Shown piece by piece: positions 19,129 to 29,516 of a stretch of 64,000 nt of DNA (position 1 is its first letter; each line of letters starts with the position of its first letter). This DNA is from Paracoccaceae bacterium. Lineage in GTDB: Bacteria > Pseudomonadota > Alphaproteobacteria > Rhodobacterales > Rhodobacteraceae. The notes under the pieces were generated by a model. It made no database searches. It saw only the letters and a program-made list of their open reading frames with translations, and was not told the DNA's origin. Location: contig QOQI01000002.1 of assembly GCA_003332035.1 (NCBI GenBank), forward strand, positions 31,949 through 95,948, read 5' to 3'. Both the position numbers and the translations under genes were made by a program.

Positions 19129-20212
19129 GATTATTTTCCCTTAATAAAAGGGTGAGGTCAGGCCTCAAAACCGCTCCAACTGCTGGTATTTTTTTGCCTT
19201 GGCCCATTCTTTCAGTAAGTGCGTCATAACGACCACCAGTGGCAACTGGTGCTAGATCCTTTTGAGTTTCCGAGTAAAACCCAAATACAAATCCATCATA
19301 GTACTCCATAGATGTTCGCCCATAGGAGCCCTCAAAATCTAAAACATCTACGCTAATGCCATTGTTTTCTAAAAATTCTAATCGCTTGGCAAAATTATCT
19401 AATGTCTTTTCTATACCTGGCATTTTTTTTGATACTTTTTCCAAATAGCTCAGAGCTACTGTGCATGTATCTTTCAAAGATAATATGTCGTCTAAAATTT
19501 TGACTTCGTCTGGGTCTATTGTGTCTGTTTCAGATTCCAATTTAATTTGTTGGAGCCGTTCTTTTATTTCTTGAATGTTTCTTGACCCAATAGTCTGAAA
19601 TTTATCTATTAACTTGTTATAGTCTTTAAGATCTTGATTAGGCTGAGGCTTTGAAGACAACCCTGAGAATTGGTTTAAAAGCGTTTTAAAACGGTGAGGG
19701 CGCCAGATATGTCTCAGGAGTGCCTTCTTGCGTGTTTCCGTAGTTGATAAAGATCGCACAGCAGCCATCAAAATACCAATATCACCAGTAGCTATTCTAA
19801 CGGGGATACCATTCAGAGCTTCATTAACGAGCGAAAAAACTTCTGCATCTGCTTTTTCCGGGTTAGCACCATCAAATATTTCATAACCTACTTGCAGAAA
19901 TTCCCTTGGTCGATCTGGAAACTCTTCTTGTCTTCTAAATACCTTACCACAATAAGTATATCTCGCGGGTGACAAACTGTTTGTCATATGTTGCTCTACA
20001 ATCGGAATGGTAAAATCAGGCCTTAACATCATTTCACCATAGACAGGGTCATTAGTTATAAAAGCCCGGCCACGAATATCCTCCCCATATAAATCAAGTA
20101 AAACATTTGAAATTTGCAAGAAGTCCAACTCAACGACTTGTGCGCCTGTTGCTTCGAAAACAACAGCTAATCTTTTTGCTTCTCTTGATAAGTCTTTCAG
20201 GTCTGTCATCAC
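19121..20212 (-). CDS. hisZ: ATP phosphoribosyltransferase regulatory subunit
   Basis: [14 protein letters not shown] and GGRYD motifs; sits between hisS and hisG. Confidence 0.92.
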   Translation of the reverse strand: MMTDLKDLSREAKRLAVVFEATGAQVVELDFLQISNVLLDLYGEDIRGRAFITNDPVYGEMMLRPDFTIPIVEQHMTNSLSPARYTYCGKVFRRQEEFPDRPREFLQVGYEIFDGANPEKADAEVFSLVNEALNGIPVRIATGDIGILMAAVRSLSTTETRKKALLRHIWRPHRFKTLLNQFSGLSSKPQPNQDLKDYNKLIDKFQTIGSRNIQEIKERLQQIKLESETDTIDPDEVKILDDILSLKDTCTVALSYLEKVSKKMPGIEKTLDNFAKRLEFLENNGISVDVLDFEGSYGRTSMEYYDGFVFGFYSETQKDLAPVATGGRYDALTERMGQGKKIPAVGAVLRPDLTLLLRENNRD

Positions 20213-21681
20213 TTGTAGGAATTTAATATTTCTTTAATTTTTTGCACAAGCTCATCCCGCCGAACAGTGAACTGACTTGGCCTATCTTTCCATTCTTCTA
20301 AAGTCGCTGCCTCAGAAAGTTTTTTACCTAAGATAAGATCTTTAATTTGGATCGTTCCACTCTCACGTTCCTCAGTTCCCTCTATCACAGCAGCGGGCGA
20401 ACCTCTGTTGTCTGCATACTTTAATTGGTTGCCAAAATTTTTAGGATTACCAAGATAAACTTCAGCACGTATACTAGCGTTCCGTAATTCAGTTACTATC
20501 TTTTGATAATCGCTTATTCGATCTCGGTCCATGACAGTAACAACGACAGGGCCTAGACCCGAGGCGCGTGCACGCCCTTTTTCTTTTAATGCAGCCAAAA
20601 GCCTATCTACACCAATCGACACACCTGTTGCAGGAACGGCCTGCCCTGTAAAACGCTTGACCAAATCATCGTAGCGCCCACCGCCTGAAACTGATCCAAA
20701 CTGTCGTTTTCTTCCCTTTTCATCAAAAATTTCAAAGGTAAGCTCCGCTTCATAAACTGGTCCGGTATAATAGCCCAAACCCCTTACTACAGAAGGATCA
20801 ATCGAAATCTTGTTACTACCGTATCCGCCAGCTTCAAAAAGTCCGGCCATCGTTTCCAGTTCATTGACACCCTCTAATCCTATTTCAGAAGATCCAATCA
20901 AATTTTTTAAATTTTTTAATGTTGTTTCAATATTGGAGCCCTTAGAAGTTAAAAATGCCACGACTATATCGGCCTCACCATCAGCTAGACCCACTCCATC
21001 AATGTAAGCCCCAGATGCATCAAGCCGGCCTTTGCCAAGTAGTTGCCTTATGCCACTCTCTCCAACTTTATCAAATTTGTCTACGGTTCGAAGTATCGCG
21101 TCTCTCTTAGAAGTTTCTTGAATATTCATACTCTCAAGGATACCATTTAGGACTTTGCGATTGTTTGCTTTTATTTTGTAGTCACCCTCCGCAATTCCAA
21201 CATTCTCAAGAGTATCGCAAAGTAGCATACAAATTTCTGAATCCGCCGCTATACTCGCGGATCCCACCGTGTCGGCATCACATTGATAAAACTGTCTATA
21301 ACGGCCTGGGCCTGGCTTCTCATTCCTCCATACTGGACCCATAGAATACCTACGATATGGAGTTGGAAGTTCGTTTCTGTATTGCGCATAAACCCTTGCC
21401 AACGGAGCAGTTAAATCATAGCGAAGTGCTAACCAATCTTGATCATCTTCTTGCCAGGCAAACACACCTTCATTCGGCTGATCTATATCAGGCAAAAATT
21501 TTCCAAGCGCTTCAACTGTTTCGACCGCGGAACTTTCAAGAGCCTCAAAACCATAGCTATGATATATTTCTGCTATTTTTTGCAACATCTGGTTTCGCTC
21601 TATCACTTCGGAGCCAAAGTAATCGCGGAAGCCCTTTGGAGTAATAGCTTTTGGTCTGTTTTGTTTTTTGTCTTTAGCCAT
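20209..21681 (-). CDS. hisS: Histidine--tRNA ligase
   Basis: [24 protein letters not shown] and RGLGYYTG motifs; start trimmed to MAKD. Confidence 0.97.
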   Translation of the reverse strand: MAKDKKQNRPKAITPKGFRDYFGSEVIERNQMLQKIAEIYHSYGFEALESSAVETVEALGKFLPDIDQPNEGVFAWQEDDQDWLALRYDLTAPLARVYAQYRNELPTPYRRYSMGPVWRNEKPGPGRYRQFYQCDADTVGSASIAADSEICMLLCDTLENVGIAEGDYKIKANNRKVLNGILESMNIQETSKRDAILRTVDKFDKVGESGIRQLLGKGRLDASGAYIDGVGLADGEADIVVAFLTSKGSNIETTLKNLKNLIGSSEIGLEGVNELETMAGLFEAGGYGSNKISIDPSVVRGLGYYTGPVYEAELTFEIFDEKGRKRQFGSVSGGGRYDDLVKRFTGQAVPATGVSIGVDRLLAALKEKGRARASGLGPVVVTVMDRDRISDYQKIVTELRNASIRAEVYLGNPKNFGNQLKYADNRGSPAAVIEGTEERESGTIQIKDLILGKKLSEAATLEEWKDRPSQFTVRRDELVQKIKEILNSYK

Positions 21682-21795
21682 TTTAAGTGTCCTGCGACGT
21701 CTATTTATCACTCATCTAGCGATTTCCTATTCAATGAGCAAGCGATGCTAGATCACATTCTTGATTGTTCTATTTATTCAACTACTTCCATTTAC

Positions 21796-22461
21796 ATGAA
21801 ACGAATTTTAATTTTTGGAAATTCTGGCGGAATAGGCGCAGCTATACAAGAAGAGTGTATTGCTGAAGGTTATACTGTTTCTGGACTTTCTCGGAGCCAA
21901 AATGACTTGGATATATCAGATGAAAGTAAAATTATTTCTGCAATCCAAACATTAGAAGGCACCTTCGACAAGATATTCATTACGACTGGAGCACTTGTAG
22001 TGAATGCATCAGAACCAGAGAAAACTATTCGACAATTCAACTCTGATGCTGCAATCAATCAGTTTATTACAAATGCTGTTGGACCAACACTTATCTTAAA
22101 GCATATAAAACATTTGATAGATAAAAATTCAAATTGTTTTGTCGGTGTATTGTCAGCACGCGTGGGTTCTATCGGTGATAACAAATTGGGTGGCTGGTAT
22201 AGTTACAGGGCATCAAAAGCTGCCTTAAACCAATACATTCGAACTACAGCTATCGAGTATGCTCGATCGTTTCCAAAGCTAACATGTGTTGCCATTCATC
22301 CGGGAACAGTGAGGACGAAATTCACTGAAAAATATCTTGGACGTCATCCTGCCATTTCACCAGAAGACGCATCAAGAAACATCTTACAGCTCGCTGACAT
22401 TTTAAAACCAAATTCGTCTGGTCAATTTTTTGATTGGGATAGGAAATCAGTACCTTGGTAG
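21796..22461 (+). CDS. Short-chain dehydrogenase, C-factor (CsgA)-like
   Basis: GNSGGIG, SARVGSIGDN.LGGWYSYRASKAALN and HPGTV motifs. The real start is MKRILIF. Confidence 0.85.
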   Translation: MKRILIFGNSGGIGAAIQEECIAEGYTVSGLSRSQNDLDISDESKIISAIQTLEGTFDKIFITTGALVVNASEPEKTIRQFNSDAAINQFITNAVGPTLILKHIKHLIDKNSNCFVGVLSARVGSIGDNKLGGWYSYRASKAALNQYIRTTAIEYARSFPKLTCVAIHPGTVRTKFTEKYLGRHPAISPEDASRNILQLADILKPNSSGQFFDWDRKSVPW

Positions 22462-23969
22462 AAAAATTAATTTTAATCTTAGGGGATCAATTAACTGAAG
22501 ACCTATCATCTTTAAATGGAATAGATCCAAATAAAGTTGTTATAGTAATGGCCGAAGTATTAGGCGAAGCCAGCTATGTCGCCCATCATCCTAAAAAAAT
22601 CATTCTCATTTTTTCTGCCATGCGATCTTTCTGTGATAGACTGAGAAATTTGGGATATAAGGTAGAATATAGTTTTTTTGATGATCCCCAGAATACTCAG
22701 AATTTATCGGGTGAGTTAATTCGCCGAGCCGAACAATTTAATTGCACTAAGGTATCCGTTACCCAGCCAAATGAGTGGAGAGTAATAAACGATCTTTCCA
22801 ATGTCCCATTAACTATTGAATTCAAAGAGGATAATCGTTTCATCTCTCAAGTTAATGAATTTAGTGATTGGGCTAAGGGCCGAAAACAGCTGCGCATGGA
22901 GTATTTTTACAGGGATATGCGAAGAAAAACTGGTTTATTGATGGATGGTGAAAAACCAGTTGGCGGTAAATGGAATTATGATCAAGAAAATCGAAAACCC
23001 GCTCCAGACTCGGTGTTACACACAGGTCCTAAACGTTTTCCAAATACAAAGCATACAAAGAAAGTAATTGATTTAGTCTTAGATAAATTTTCTAAAAATT
23101 TTGGTCATATTAATAACTTTAATTACGCTACTACCCATTCTCAAGCAGAAGAAGCTTTAGATCACTTTATAGAAAAAGCGCTCCCAGATTTTGGTGCCTA
23201 TCAAGATGCCATGATGGTTGACCAACCATTTTTATATCACGCCATCATTTCACCCTATCTCAATATTGGGCTACTAAAACCAATAGATGTTTGCAAAAAA
23301 GCAGAAAAGGCATATCTCGATGGTAAGGCGCCACTAAACTCTGTGGAGGGCTTTATAAGACAAATTATTGGCTGGCGAGAATATATTCGCGGAATTTATT
23401 TTCTGCAGGGTCCAAACTATACCAAAAATAACTTTTTGGACCATACTAGACCATTGCCGTCACTATATTGGGGTAAAGAAAGTGGCCTGAATTGCCTAGA
23501 TCAGTCCGTAAATCAAACGGAAGAGTTCTCTTATGCCCATCACATTCAAAGATTAATGATAACTGGAAATTTTGCTTTACTTGCGGGTGTATCTCCCCAT
23601 GAGGTTCATGAATGGTACTTATCAGTTTATATTGATGCTTTTGAATGGGTAGAAGCTCCCAATACAATAGGTATGAGCCAATTTGCCGACGGAGGTGTCG
23701 TTGCATCAAAACCCTACGTGAGCTCAGGCGCTTACATTAATAGGATGTCTAATTACTGCAAATCATGTAAATTCAAAGTTTCGGAAAAAATTGGCCCGGA
23801 TGCATGTCCATTTAATACACTCTATTGGCATTTTCTCTCACGGCACAGACACAAGTTTGACGGCAACCCACGGATGGCCCAAATGTACCGAGTCTGGGAT
23901 AAAATGAATGAAGATCACAAAAAGAACGTTATAAAAAGCGCCGATAAATTTTTGAACCAACTTAGTTAG
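22455..23969 (+). CDS. FeS bacterial cryptochrome/(6-4) photolyase (PhrB/CryB-like)
   Basis: LILGDQL, HHPKKI, RMEYFYR, GWREY and YAHHIQRLM motifs; four Cys for an Fe-S cluster (LNCL, YCKSC, ACPF). TTG start overlaps the SDR stop. Confidence 0.92.
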   Translation: MVEKLILILGDQLTEDLSSLNGIDPNKVVIVMAEVLGEASYVAHHPKKIILIFSAMRSFCDRLRNLGYKVEYSFFDDPQNTQNLSGELIRRAEQFNCTKVSVTQPNEWRVINDLSNVPLTIEFKEDNRFISQVNEFSDWAKGRKQLRMEYFYRDMRRKTGLLMDGEKPVGGKWNYDQENRKPAPDSVLHTGPKRFPNTKHTKKVIDLVLDKFSKNFGHINNFNYATTHSQAEEALDHFIEKALPDFGAYQDAMMVDQPFLYHAIISPYLNIGLLKPIDVCKKAEKAYLDGKAPLNSVEGFIRQIIGWREYIRGIYFLQGPNYTKNNFLDHTRPLPSLYWGKESGLNCLDQSVNQTEEFSYAHHIQRLMITGNFALLAGVSPHEVHEWYLSVYIDAFEWVEAPNTIGMSQFADGGVVASKPYVSSGAYINRMSNYCKSCKFKVSEKIGPDACPFNTLYWHFLSRHRHKFDGNPRMAQMYRVWDKMNEDHKKNVIKSADKFLNQLS

Positions 23970-25366
23970 TCGGATCCTGTTTCAACCAGTGCGCCATCAT
24001 CCCATTTTCCGCTAGCTGAGTCTCCACTGGCAAATTTAATGGAACCTCTCCCTTGGCGTTTACCTTTAACGAAACTCCCCTGATAAACATCGCCATTTGC
24101 ATAAGTTGCGATGCCAACCCCAGTAATCTCACCATATTCCCAATCACCTGTGTATTTAAAGCCATCCGCTAAGGTAATAGTACCAATTCCATGGCGTTGG
24201 CCATCCAGATAGTCACCTTCATAAATCATACCGTCTGTGAAAGTTGCTTTCCCTACACCGTTTCGCTTTCCTTCCTTCCAGTTTCCTTCATAGACATAGC
24301 CATTTTCAAAGCGCATAACTCCATATCCATGATACATAGCATTTCGAAAAAGGCCTTCATAAACTGCATTGTTTGGATAAGTGGCTTTCCCTTTGCCTTC
24401 AATAACGCCATCAAACCACTCGCCAGAGTAACTTGAACCATCAGGATAGATTATCTCGCCAAGACCATCCGCTAGACCATTTGAAAAAGTCCCCACATAT
24501 TGAGACCCATCGGGATATACTACTTCACCCTGACCCTTTATCTGCCCTTCCTGCCAACTGCCTTCATACTTATAACCATCGGCACCAATAAATTTTCCCT
24601 GTCCACTCCGCTGATCGTCAGCAAAGTTACCCTCATAAAGATCACCGTTCGCATAAGTAACCTTACCCAAACCTTGCCTGCGGCCATTAGCGAGGGTTCC
24701 CACATAAACATCACCATTTTTCTGAGATAATTTACCTTCTCCATTAATTTCGCCAGCTTTCCATGTCCCCTCGTAGGCTAGTCCTTCTGGCATTTCGAGA
24801 CGACCTGTTCCTTCACGAAGCCCCTCTGAAACATCTCCGGTGTAAATTGATCCGTCAGGATAAGTTACTGTTGCTGTACCTTGTTTTATTCCATTTTCCC
24901 AAGTTCCATCATAAACATACCCATCTGGGCTGTTCATAGTTCCTTTCCCATTATGCATAGCATCAAGAAAAGATCCCTGATAAGTTGTTCCATTGGCATA
25001 CTTCGCATAGCCAACACCGGATATACTTCCGTTTGCCCATTCACCTTCATATGTTCCACCATCACTGAAGGTGATTTTGCCACTACCTTCTGGTTTACCC
25101 TTTACAAAACTCCCAACGTAGACTGAACCATTTGGAAACAATGCTTCACCTTGCCCATTTATTTCACCTTCAAACCATTCGCCTACATATCGATAACCAT
25201 TTGGCAATTCATAGGTTCCGTTTCCGTGCGGCAAACCATTTAAAAATTCGCCTTCATAAGCCCCACCGTCGCCATACTCTTGTGTCCCACTTGATGTTTG
25301 CGAAAAAGCTATATTGGCGCTCACAAAAAATGAGATAATTAGAATAACGATGTGACTAAATTTCAT
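23966..25366 (-). CDS. Secreted MORN-repeat protein
   Basis: Signal peptide followed by 19 tandem 23-aa G-x6-G-xx-Y-x-G-x-W/F repeats. Confidence 0.9.
   Translation of the reverse strand: MKFSHIVILIISFFVSANIAFSQTSSGTQEYGDGGAYEGEFLNGLPHGNGTYELPNGYRYVGEWFEGEINGQGEALFPNGSVYVGSFVKGKPEGSGKITFSDGGTYEGEWANGSISGVGYAKYANGTTYQGSFLDAMHNGKGTMNSPDGYVYDGTWENGIKQGTATVTYPDGSIYTGDVSEGLREGTGRLEMPEGLAYEGTWKAGEINGEGKLSQKNGDVYVGTLANGRRQGLGKVTYANGDLYEGNFADDQRSGQGKFIGADGYKYEGSWQEGQIKGQGEVVYPDGSQYVGTFSNGLADGLGEIIYPDGSSYSGEWFDGVIEGKGKATYPNNAVYEGLFRNAMYHGYGVMRFENGYVYEGNWKEGKRNGVGKATFTDGMIYEGDYLDGQRHGIGTITLADGFKYTGDWEYGEITGVGIATYANGDVYQGSFVKGKRQGRGSIKFASGDSASGKWDDGALVETGSD
23978..25288 (-). repeat. 19 degenerate 69-nt MORN coding repeats
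   Basis: Counted manually in the translation (aa 27-463). Confidence 0.85.
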
Positions 25367-25455
25367 CAGCTAAGTCCTTGCTCATAAATCTTACACCCTA
25401 ACCTAATAACAGAATACTCCGGTTACAATGTTTTCTTTAATTTGTTTTTAGTGGA

Positions 25456-25689
25456 TCACCAATGTGGTGGTTTATCACCTAAGACAATACCACTCGAAGT
25501 ATCACGCTCTGTTTCTTTTTGTGTCAAAAAACTAACCTGTTTGGTAAGTTGTTCAAGCTCACGACTCTGCCTCGCGACAATGTCCGACAAATCTTCAATA
25601 TCCTTAATAAGAAAAGAAATCTTTGTTTCATTTTCAGTTAGCCTTGAACTCATTGAGCTGGCAGTATTTTCTTCTGTTTTACTCATCAT
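25456..25689 (-). CDS. slyX: SlyX family protein
   Basis: Coiled-coil LE.KISF...IEDLSD.V..Q and C-terminal PPHW. Confidence 0.85.
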   Translation of the reverse strand: MMSKTEENTASSMSSRLTENETKISFLIKDIEDLSDIVARQSRELEQLTKQVSFLTQKETERDTSSGIVLGDKPPHW

Positions 25690-25834
25690 TTCTCACAATA
25701 TTACTAAGATTTTAGTAGCCTACGATTTAATACAAAAGCAGAAAACCTAAATTTTTAGATAACGCAGTGCTACACCGAAGTAGCTATGATTAAAACTGGG
25801 TTTTAATTTTTCAACAACGGTGTATAATCTAAAT

Positions 25835-25918
25835 ATGACGTGTGAATTAATAGTAAAACCGACTTCTGATGAGGCGCAACTCCTACACGAACTGCGCCTG
25901 CTACTAGGCTGCCTCTGA
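25835..25918 (+). CDS. Putative leuA leader peptide MTCELIVKPTSDEAQLLHELRLLLGCL (27 aa)
   Basis: 8 Leu codons including CTC-CTA and CTG-CTA-CTA runs. TATAAT at 25823-25828 lies just upstream. Not in the ORF track. Confidence 0.8.
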   Translation: MTCELIVKPTSDEAQLLHELRLLLGCL

Positions 25919-25966
25919 GCGTGCCATTGTCTGGTGCGACCGCTCAGAGGGGCAGATTACCGCACC
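25909..25966 (+). promoter_or_regulatory. leuA leader RNA structure (hairpin with possible pseudoknot)
   Basis: CCTCTGAGCG (25912-25921) pairs with CGCTCAGAGG (25941-25950), extended by CTGC/GCAG. Loop GGTGCG (25933-25938) is complementary to CGCACC (25961-25966). Confidence 0.75.
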
Positions 25967-25997
25967 GCCAAATTAGTAGAAAAAACGAGATCCAAAA

Positions 25998-27566
25998 ATG
26001 AAAACACAAGCAGAAAAAGACCGTGTAGTAATTTTCGACACTACACTAAGAGATGGCGAACAGTCACCTGGAGCCACAATGACCCATGAGGAAAAATTAG
26101 AAATTGCAGAGCTCCTTGATGATATGGGAGTTGATATTATTGAAGCAGGTTTTCCTATTGCATCAGAAGGTGACTTTAAGGCAGTAAGTGAAATTGCAAA
26201 GCGTAGCAAAACAGCTGTCATATGTGGTCTAGCAAGAGCTAATTTTGGAGATATTGACCGTTGCTGGGATGCAGTGCGAAATTCAGAAAAACCAAGAATT
26301 CATACATTCATTGGAACATCACCATTGCACCGGGCGATACCTAATTTAGACAAAAATCAGATGGCTGAAAAAATTCATGAAACAGTTACCCATGCCAGAA
26401 ATTTGTGTGACAATATTCAATGGTCTCCAATGGATGCAACTAGAACAGAACATGATTACCTCTGTCGTGTTGTAGAAATTGCTATCAAAGCTGGAGCAAC
26501 AACAATAAATATTCCAGACACAGTCGGCTACACCGCACCAGTTGAGTCAGCTGATCTTATAAAAATGCTAATAGAGAAAGTGCCTGGAGCGGACGAAGTT
26601 ATATTCGCAACCCACTGTCACAATGATTTAGGCATGGCTACAGCAAATTCTTTAGCTGCAGTGGAAGGTGGCGCTAGGCAGATTGAATGCACAATAAACG
26701 GATTAGGCGAACGTGCAGGTAACACAGCCTTAGAAGAAGTAGTTATGGCATTAAAAGTCCGTAGCGATATCATGCCATTTTATACCAATATAAACACATC
26801 AAAAATAATGAATATATCTAGACGCGTTGCATCCGTTTCAGGTTTTCCAGTTCAATTCAATAAAGCAATAGTAGGAAAAAATGCATTCGCACATGAAAGT
26901 GGTATTCACCAAGACGGAATGTTAAAAAATTCTGAAACATTTGAGATTATGCGCCCAGAAGATGTTGGGCTATCAGCCACAAACTTAGTTTTAGGAAAAC
27001 ATTCAGGAAGGGCTGCTCTCCGATCAAAATTAGAAGAGTTAGGCTATAACTTGGCTGACAACCAATTGAAGGATGTATTTGTCAGGTTCAAGGAATTAGC
27101 CGATCGAAAGAAAGAAGTTTATGATGAAGACCTAATCGCTCTTATGCAGGCAGGCGAAGATGCTGTAAACGATCACATTGTTTTAAATGAATTGAGGGTA
27201 GTCTGCGGTACAACCGGACCTCAAGAAGCAGTAATGACATTATCAATTGGTGGACAAGAATCTTCAACCACAGCCACAGGAGATGGACCAGTAGATGCTA
27301 CATTTAAAGCAGTACAATCACTCTATCAGCATAATGCCCACCTTCAATTATACCAAGTTCACGCAGTCACCGAAGGCACAGATGCTCAGGCTACTGTTTC
27401 TGTTCGAATGGAAGAGGATGGAAATATAGCTACTGGACAATCTGCCGATACTGATACGGTTGTTGCCAGTGCCAAAGCATATATCAACGCACTAAATAGA
27501 TTATTTATTCGAAGAGGAAAAATTGGGCAAAACAAACGGGAAGTTAATTGGAAAGATGTTTCATAG
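25998..27566 (+). CDS. leuA: 2-isopropylmalate synthase
   Basis: DTTLRDGEQ, HCHNDLG, GERAGN and HESGIHQDG motifs; C-terminal regulatory domain. Confidence 0.97.
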   Translation: MKTQAEKDRVVIFDTTLRDGEQSPGATMTHEEKLEIAELLDDMGVDIIEAGFPIASEGDFKAVSEIAKRSKTAVICGLARANFGDIDRCWDAVRNSEKPRIHTFIGTSPLHRAIPNLDKNQMAEKIHETVTHARNLCDNIQWSPMDATRTEHDYLCRVVEIAIKAGATTINIPDTVGYTAPVESADLIKMLIEKVPGADEVIFATHCHNDLGMATANSLAAVEGGARQIECTINGLGERAGNTALEEVVMALKVRSDIMPFYTNINTSKIMNISRRVASVSGFPVQFNKAIVGKNAFAHESGIHQDGMLKNSETFEIMRPEDVGLSATNLVLGKHSGRAALRSKLEELGYNLADNQLKDVFVRFKELADRKKEVYDEDLIALMQAGEDAVNDHIVLNELRVVCGTTGPQEAVMTLSIGGQESSTTATGDGPVDATFKAVQSLYQHNAHLQLYQVHAVTEGTDAQATVSVRMEEDGNIATGQSADTDTVVASAKAYINALNRLFIRRGKIGQNKREVNWKDVS

Positions 27567-27596
27567 ACTAAAAATTAATGATCCTATTTAAATAAG

Positions 27597-28604
27597 TTAT
27601 TTCCAGCTTGGCCGCACCCTAGCACGTTGCAGCTCAATTAGTCCCATCGCTGTCCAGCCAACAATATTAGTTTCGACAGGATCTTTCCTAAACGCCGTCT
27701 TCAATGCCGTATCAACTATTTTTCGATCTTTTTTCGAAATAGGCGCAGGGTCTAAAATTATCTGACCTCCAATGCCTCGAAGACGAAGTTGTCTGGGAAG
27801 ATCCTTCGCCATAGCTAAATTGGCTTTCAGAGCTGCTGCCGGGCTAGTATCTGAGCCCGTGTTTATATCGACTGTCGCGCATGCTCTGGTGATTTCAATA
27901 AAATAGTGTCCATCATTAGTTTCAACCCGCTCAGATTTTAGCTTTTCCAATAAATCTAAAATTCCATGAGTTTCAAAGCTGCCACCTTCCGAAAATACAT
28001 CAGCATCTTCGCTCCACTCACGCCATGCAAGAGCGTGTGGCTTATCGGGCTCCAAAATCAACCCTTCTTCATTCGATTCATCAGAGGATATCTTTTCCGC
28101 CAAATTGAGCATTTCCTCTGCATCATCCAAAATTTCTTTATCGACAGCATTTATGCAACTAGACCGCAAAATCATGCCTTCTTTAAAATCTCTTAAATTT
28201 AACCGGATTAAGGCAACCAATTCATCTCTGCGCTCTTCATTCTTAATTTGTCTAGAAATATTAAGACCCGGGTTTCCAGGGGTGATAATAACGTATCGGC
28301 TCTTTAAAAGAATTTTTCTACTAACTGGTATGGCTTTCCCGATCTCAGCAAACCCAGATACTTGAACTAATATACGAGAGCCCTGGGATAAACCTTTACC
28401 TTGGCGCAAGAATGCTGGGCCATCAGGTGTTTTCAAGAAATAACCACCTTGGCCCTTAATCGGCCGATCAACAGTAGCTCTATAAATCTGCCCCGGTGAT
28501 GGAGAATTACTCTCTATAAAAAAGTCTTGTAGAACGCCATCAACCACAAGGGCTGATGCCTCTTGGTCTTGAAAATGGTCTAAAAAAATTGATCTATTAC
28601 CCAT
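27597..28604 (-). CDS. Ribonuclease E/G family protein (short RNase G-like)
   Basis: S1-like N-terminus, VDINTG and LRLRGIGGQI motifs; downstream of maf. Confidence 0.85.
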   Translation of the reverse strand: MGNRSIFLDHFQDQEASALVVDGVLQDFFIESNSPSPGQIYRATVDRPIKGQGGYFLKTPDGPAFLRQGKGLSQGSRILVQVSGFAEIGKAIPVSRKILLKSRYVIITPGNPGLNISRQIKNEERRDELVALIRLNLRDFKEGMILRSSCINAVDKEILDDAEEMLNLAEKISSDESNEEGLILEPDKPHALAWREWSEDADVFSEGGSFETHGILDLLEKLKSERVETNDGHYFIEITRACATVDINTGSDTSPAAALKANLAMAKDLPRQLRLRGIGGQIILDPAPISKKDRKIVDTALKTAFRKDPVETNIVGWTAMGLIELQRARVRPSWK

Positions 28605-29178
28605 TTTTTTCACCATACACCGAATATCCGAAGGTACTCAACAAACCAATTGTCTCTGTTAAAGGCAAGCCGACTATTCCCGTGTATGAGCCACCTATCC
28701 ATGGAATAAATGATGAGGCTATGCCCTGTATTCCATAACCCCCTGCTTTACCTTCCCAGTCACCACTATTTAAATAAAACTCTTTTTCTTCGAAGCCCAA
28801 AACCCTCATTTTGACCCGGCTTACTACTTCCTTTGTTCTTATTTTATTTTGTTTTCTAACTGCTACACATGTAATTACTTTATGTCGTCTTCCTGACAAC
28901 AAACTTAGAAAGCTGTTTGCCTCATCACGGTCGCTAGGTTTTCCCAAAATTCGTCTACCCACAGCAACAGTAGTATCAGCACAAATAGCAATTTCATCAT
29001 CAGCTAATTTAAGTGCCTGAATTTTTTTTTCAGTAATTCTCCTGCAATACTGAAGAGGCAGCTCTTTTGCCAGAGGCGTTTCATCAATATTAGGAGCACG
29101 GATCTCAAAGGGAATTATACCAACTTGTGCCAAAATCTCTTTTCGGCGGGGGCTAGCTGAACCTAAAATTAATTTCAC
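28597..29178 (-). CDS. maf: Maf/YhdE nucleotide pyrophosphatase
   Basis: LILGSASPRR, ADT.V and KAGGYGIQG motifs; GTG start. Confidence 0.92.
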   Translation of the reverse strand: MKLILGSASPRRKEILAQVGIIPFEIRAPNIDETPLAKELPLQYCRRITEKKIQALKLADDEIAICADTTVAVGRRILGKPSDRDEANSFLSLLSGRRHKVITCVAVRKQNKIRTKEVVSRVKMRVLGFEEKEFYLNSGDWEGKAGGYGIQGIASSFIPWIGGSYTGIVGLPLTETIGLLSTFGYSVYGEKNG

Positions 29179-29181
29179 GGA

Positions 29182-29400
29182 TTATTTGTAGCGGTAATTT
29201 ATACGACCTTTTGACAGATCGTATGGTGTCATCTCCACTTGAACTTTATCTCCTGCGAGAACACGAATTCTGTTCTTTCGCATTTTCCCTGCCGTATGAG
29301 CGATAATTTCATGGCCGTTTTCTAGCTCAACTCGAAATGTCGCGTTTGGCAGGAGTTCCTTTACGACACCTGGAAATTCGAGCAATTCTTCCTTGGCCAT
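29182..29400 (-). CDS. infA: Translation initiation factor IF-1
   Basis: Near-canonical IF-1 sequence; GGAG SD. Confidence 0.98.
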   Translation of the reverse strand: MAKEELLEFPGVVKELLPNATFRVELENGHEIIAHTAGKMRKNRIRVLAGDKVQVEMTPYDLSKGRINYRYK

Positions 29401-29516
29401 GTTGTCTCCATCTTTGTTACAAAAACGTGCATAGGCGAAATATAAAGAAATGAAAAGTATTTTAAATATATGTATACTCTTAGAGCGACTTCTAAGAAAA
29501 TTTCAGAATAATTAAT

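Noticed and set aside
21439-21795. N-terminal extension of the SDR ORF overlapping hisS
   Set aside because: The Rossmann motif begins right after ATG 21796; the extension is antisense to hisS.
23966-25366. CRISPR or DNA tandem repeat, or a second leuA
   Set aside because: The periodicity is degenerate protein-level MORN repeats. There are no identical direct repeats with spacers and no isopropylmalate synthase motifs.
25869-25907. Alternative uORF ATGAGGCGC...TAG in the leuA leader
   Set aside because: It contains no Leu codons. The Leu-rich frame from 25835 fits the promoter spacing and the pathway.
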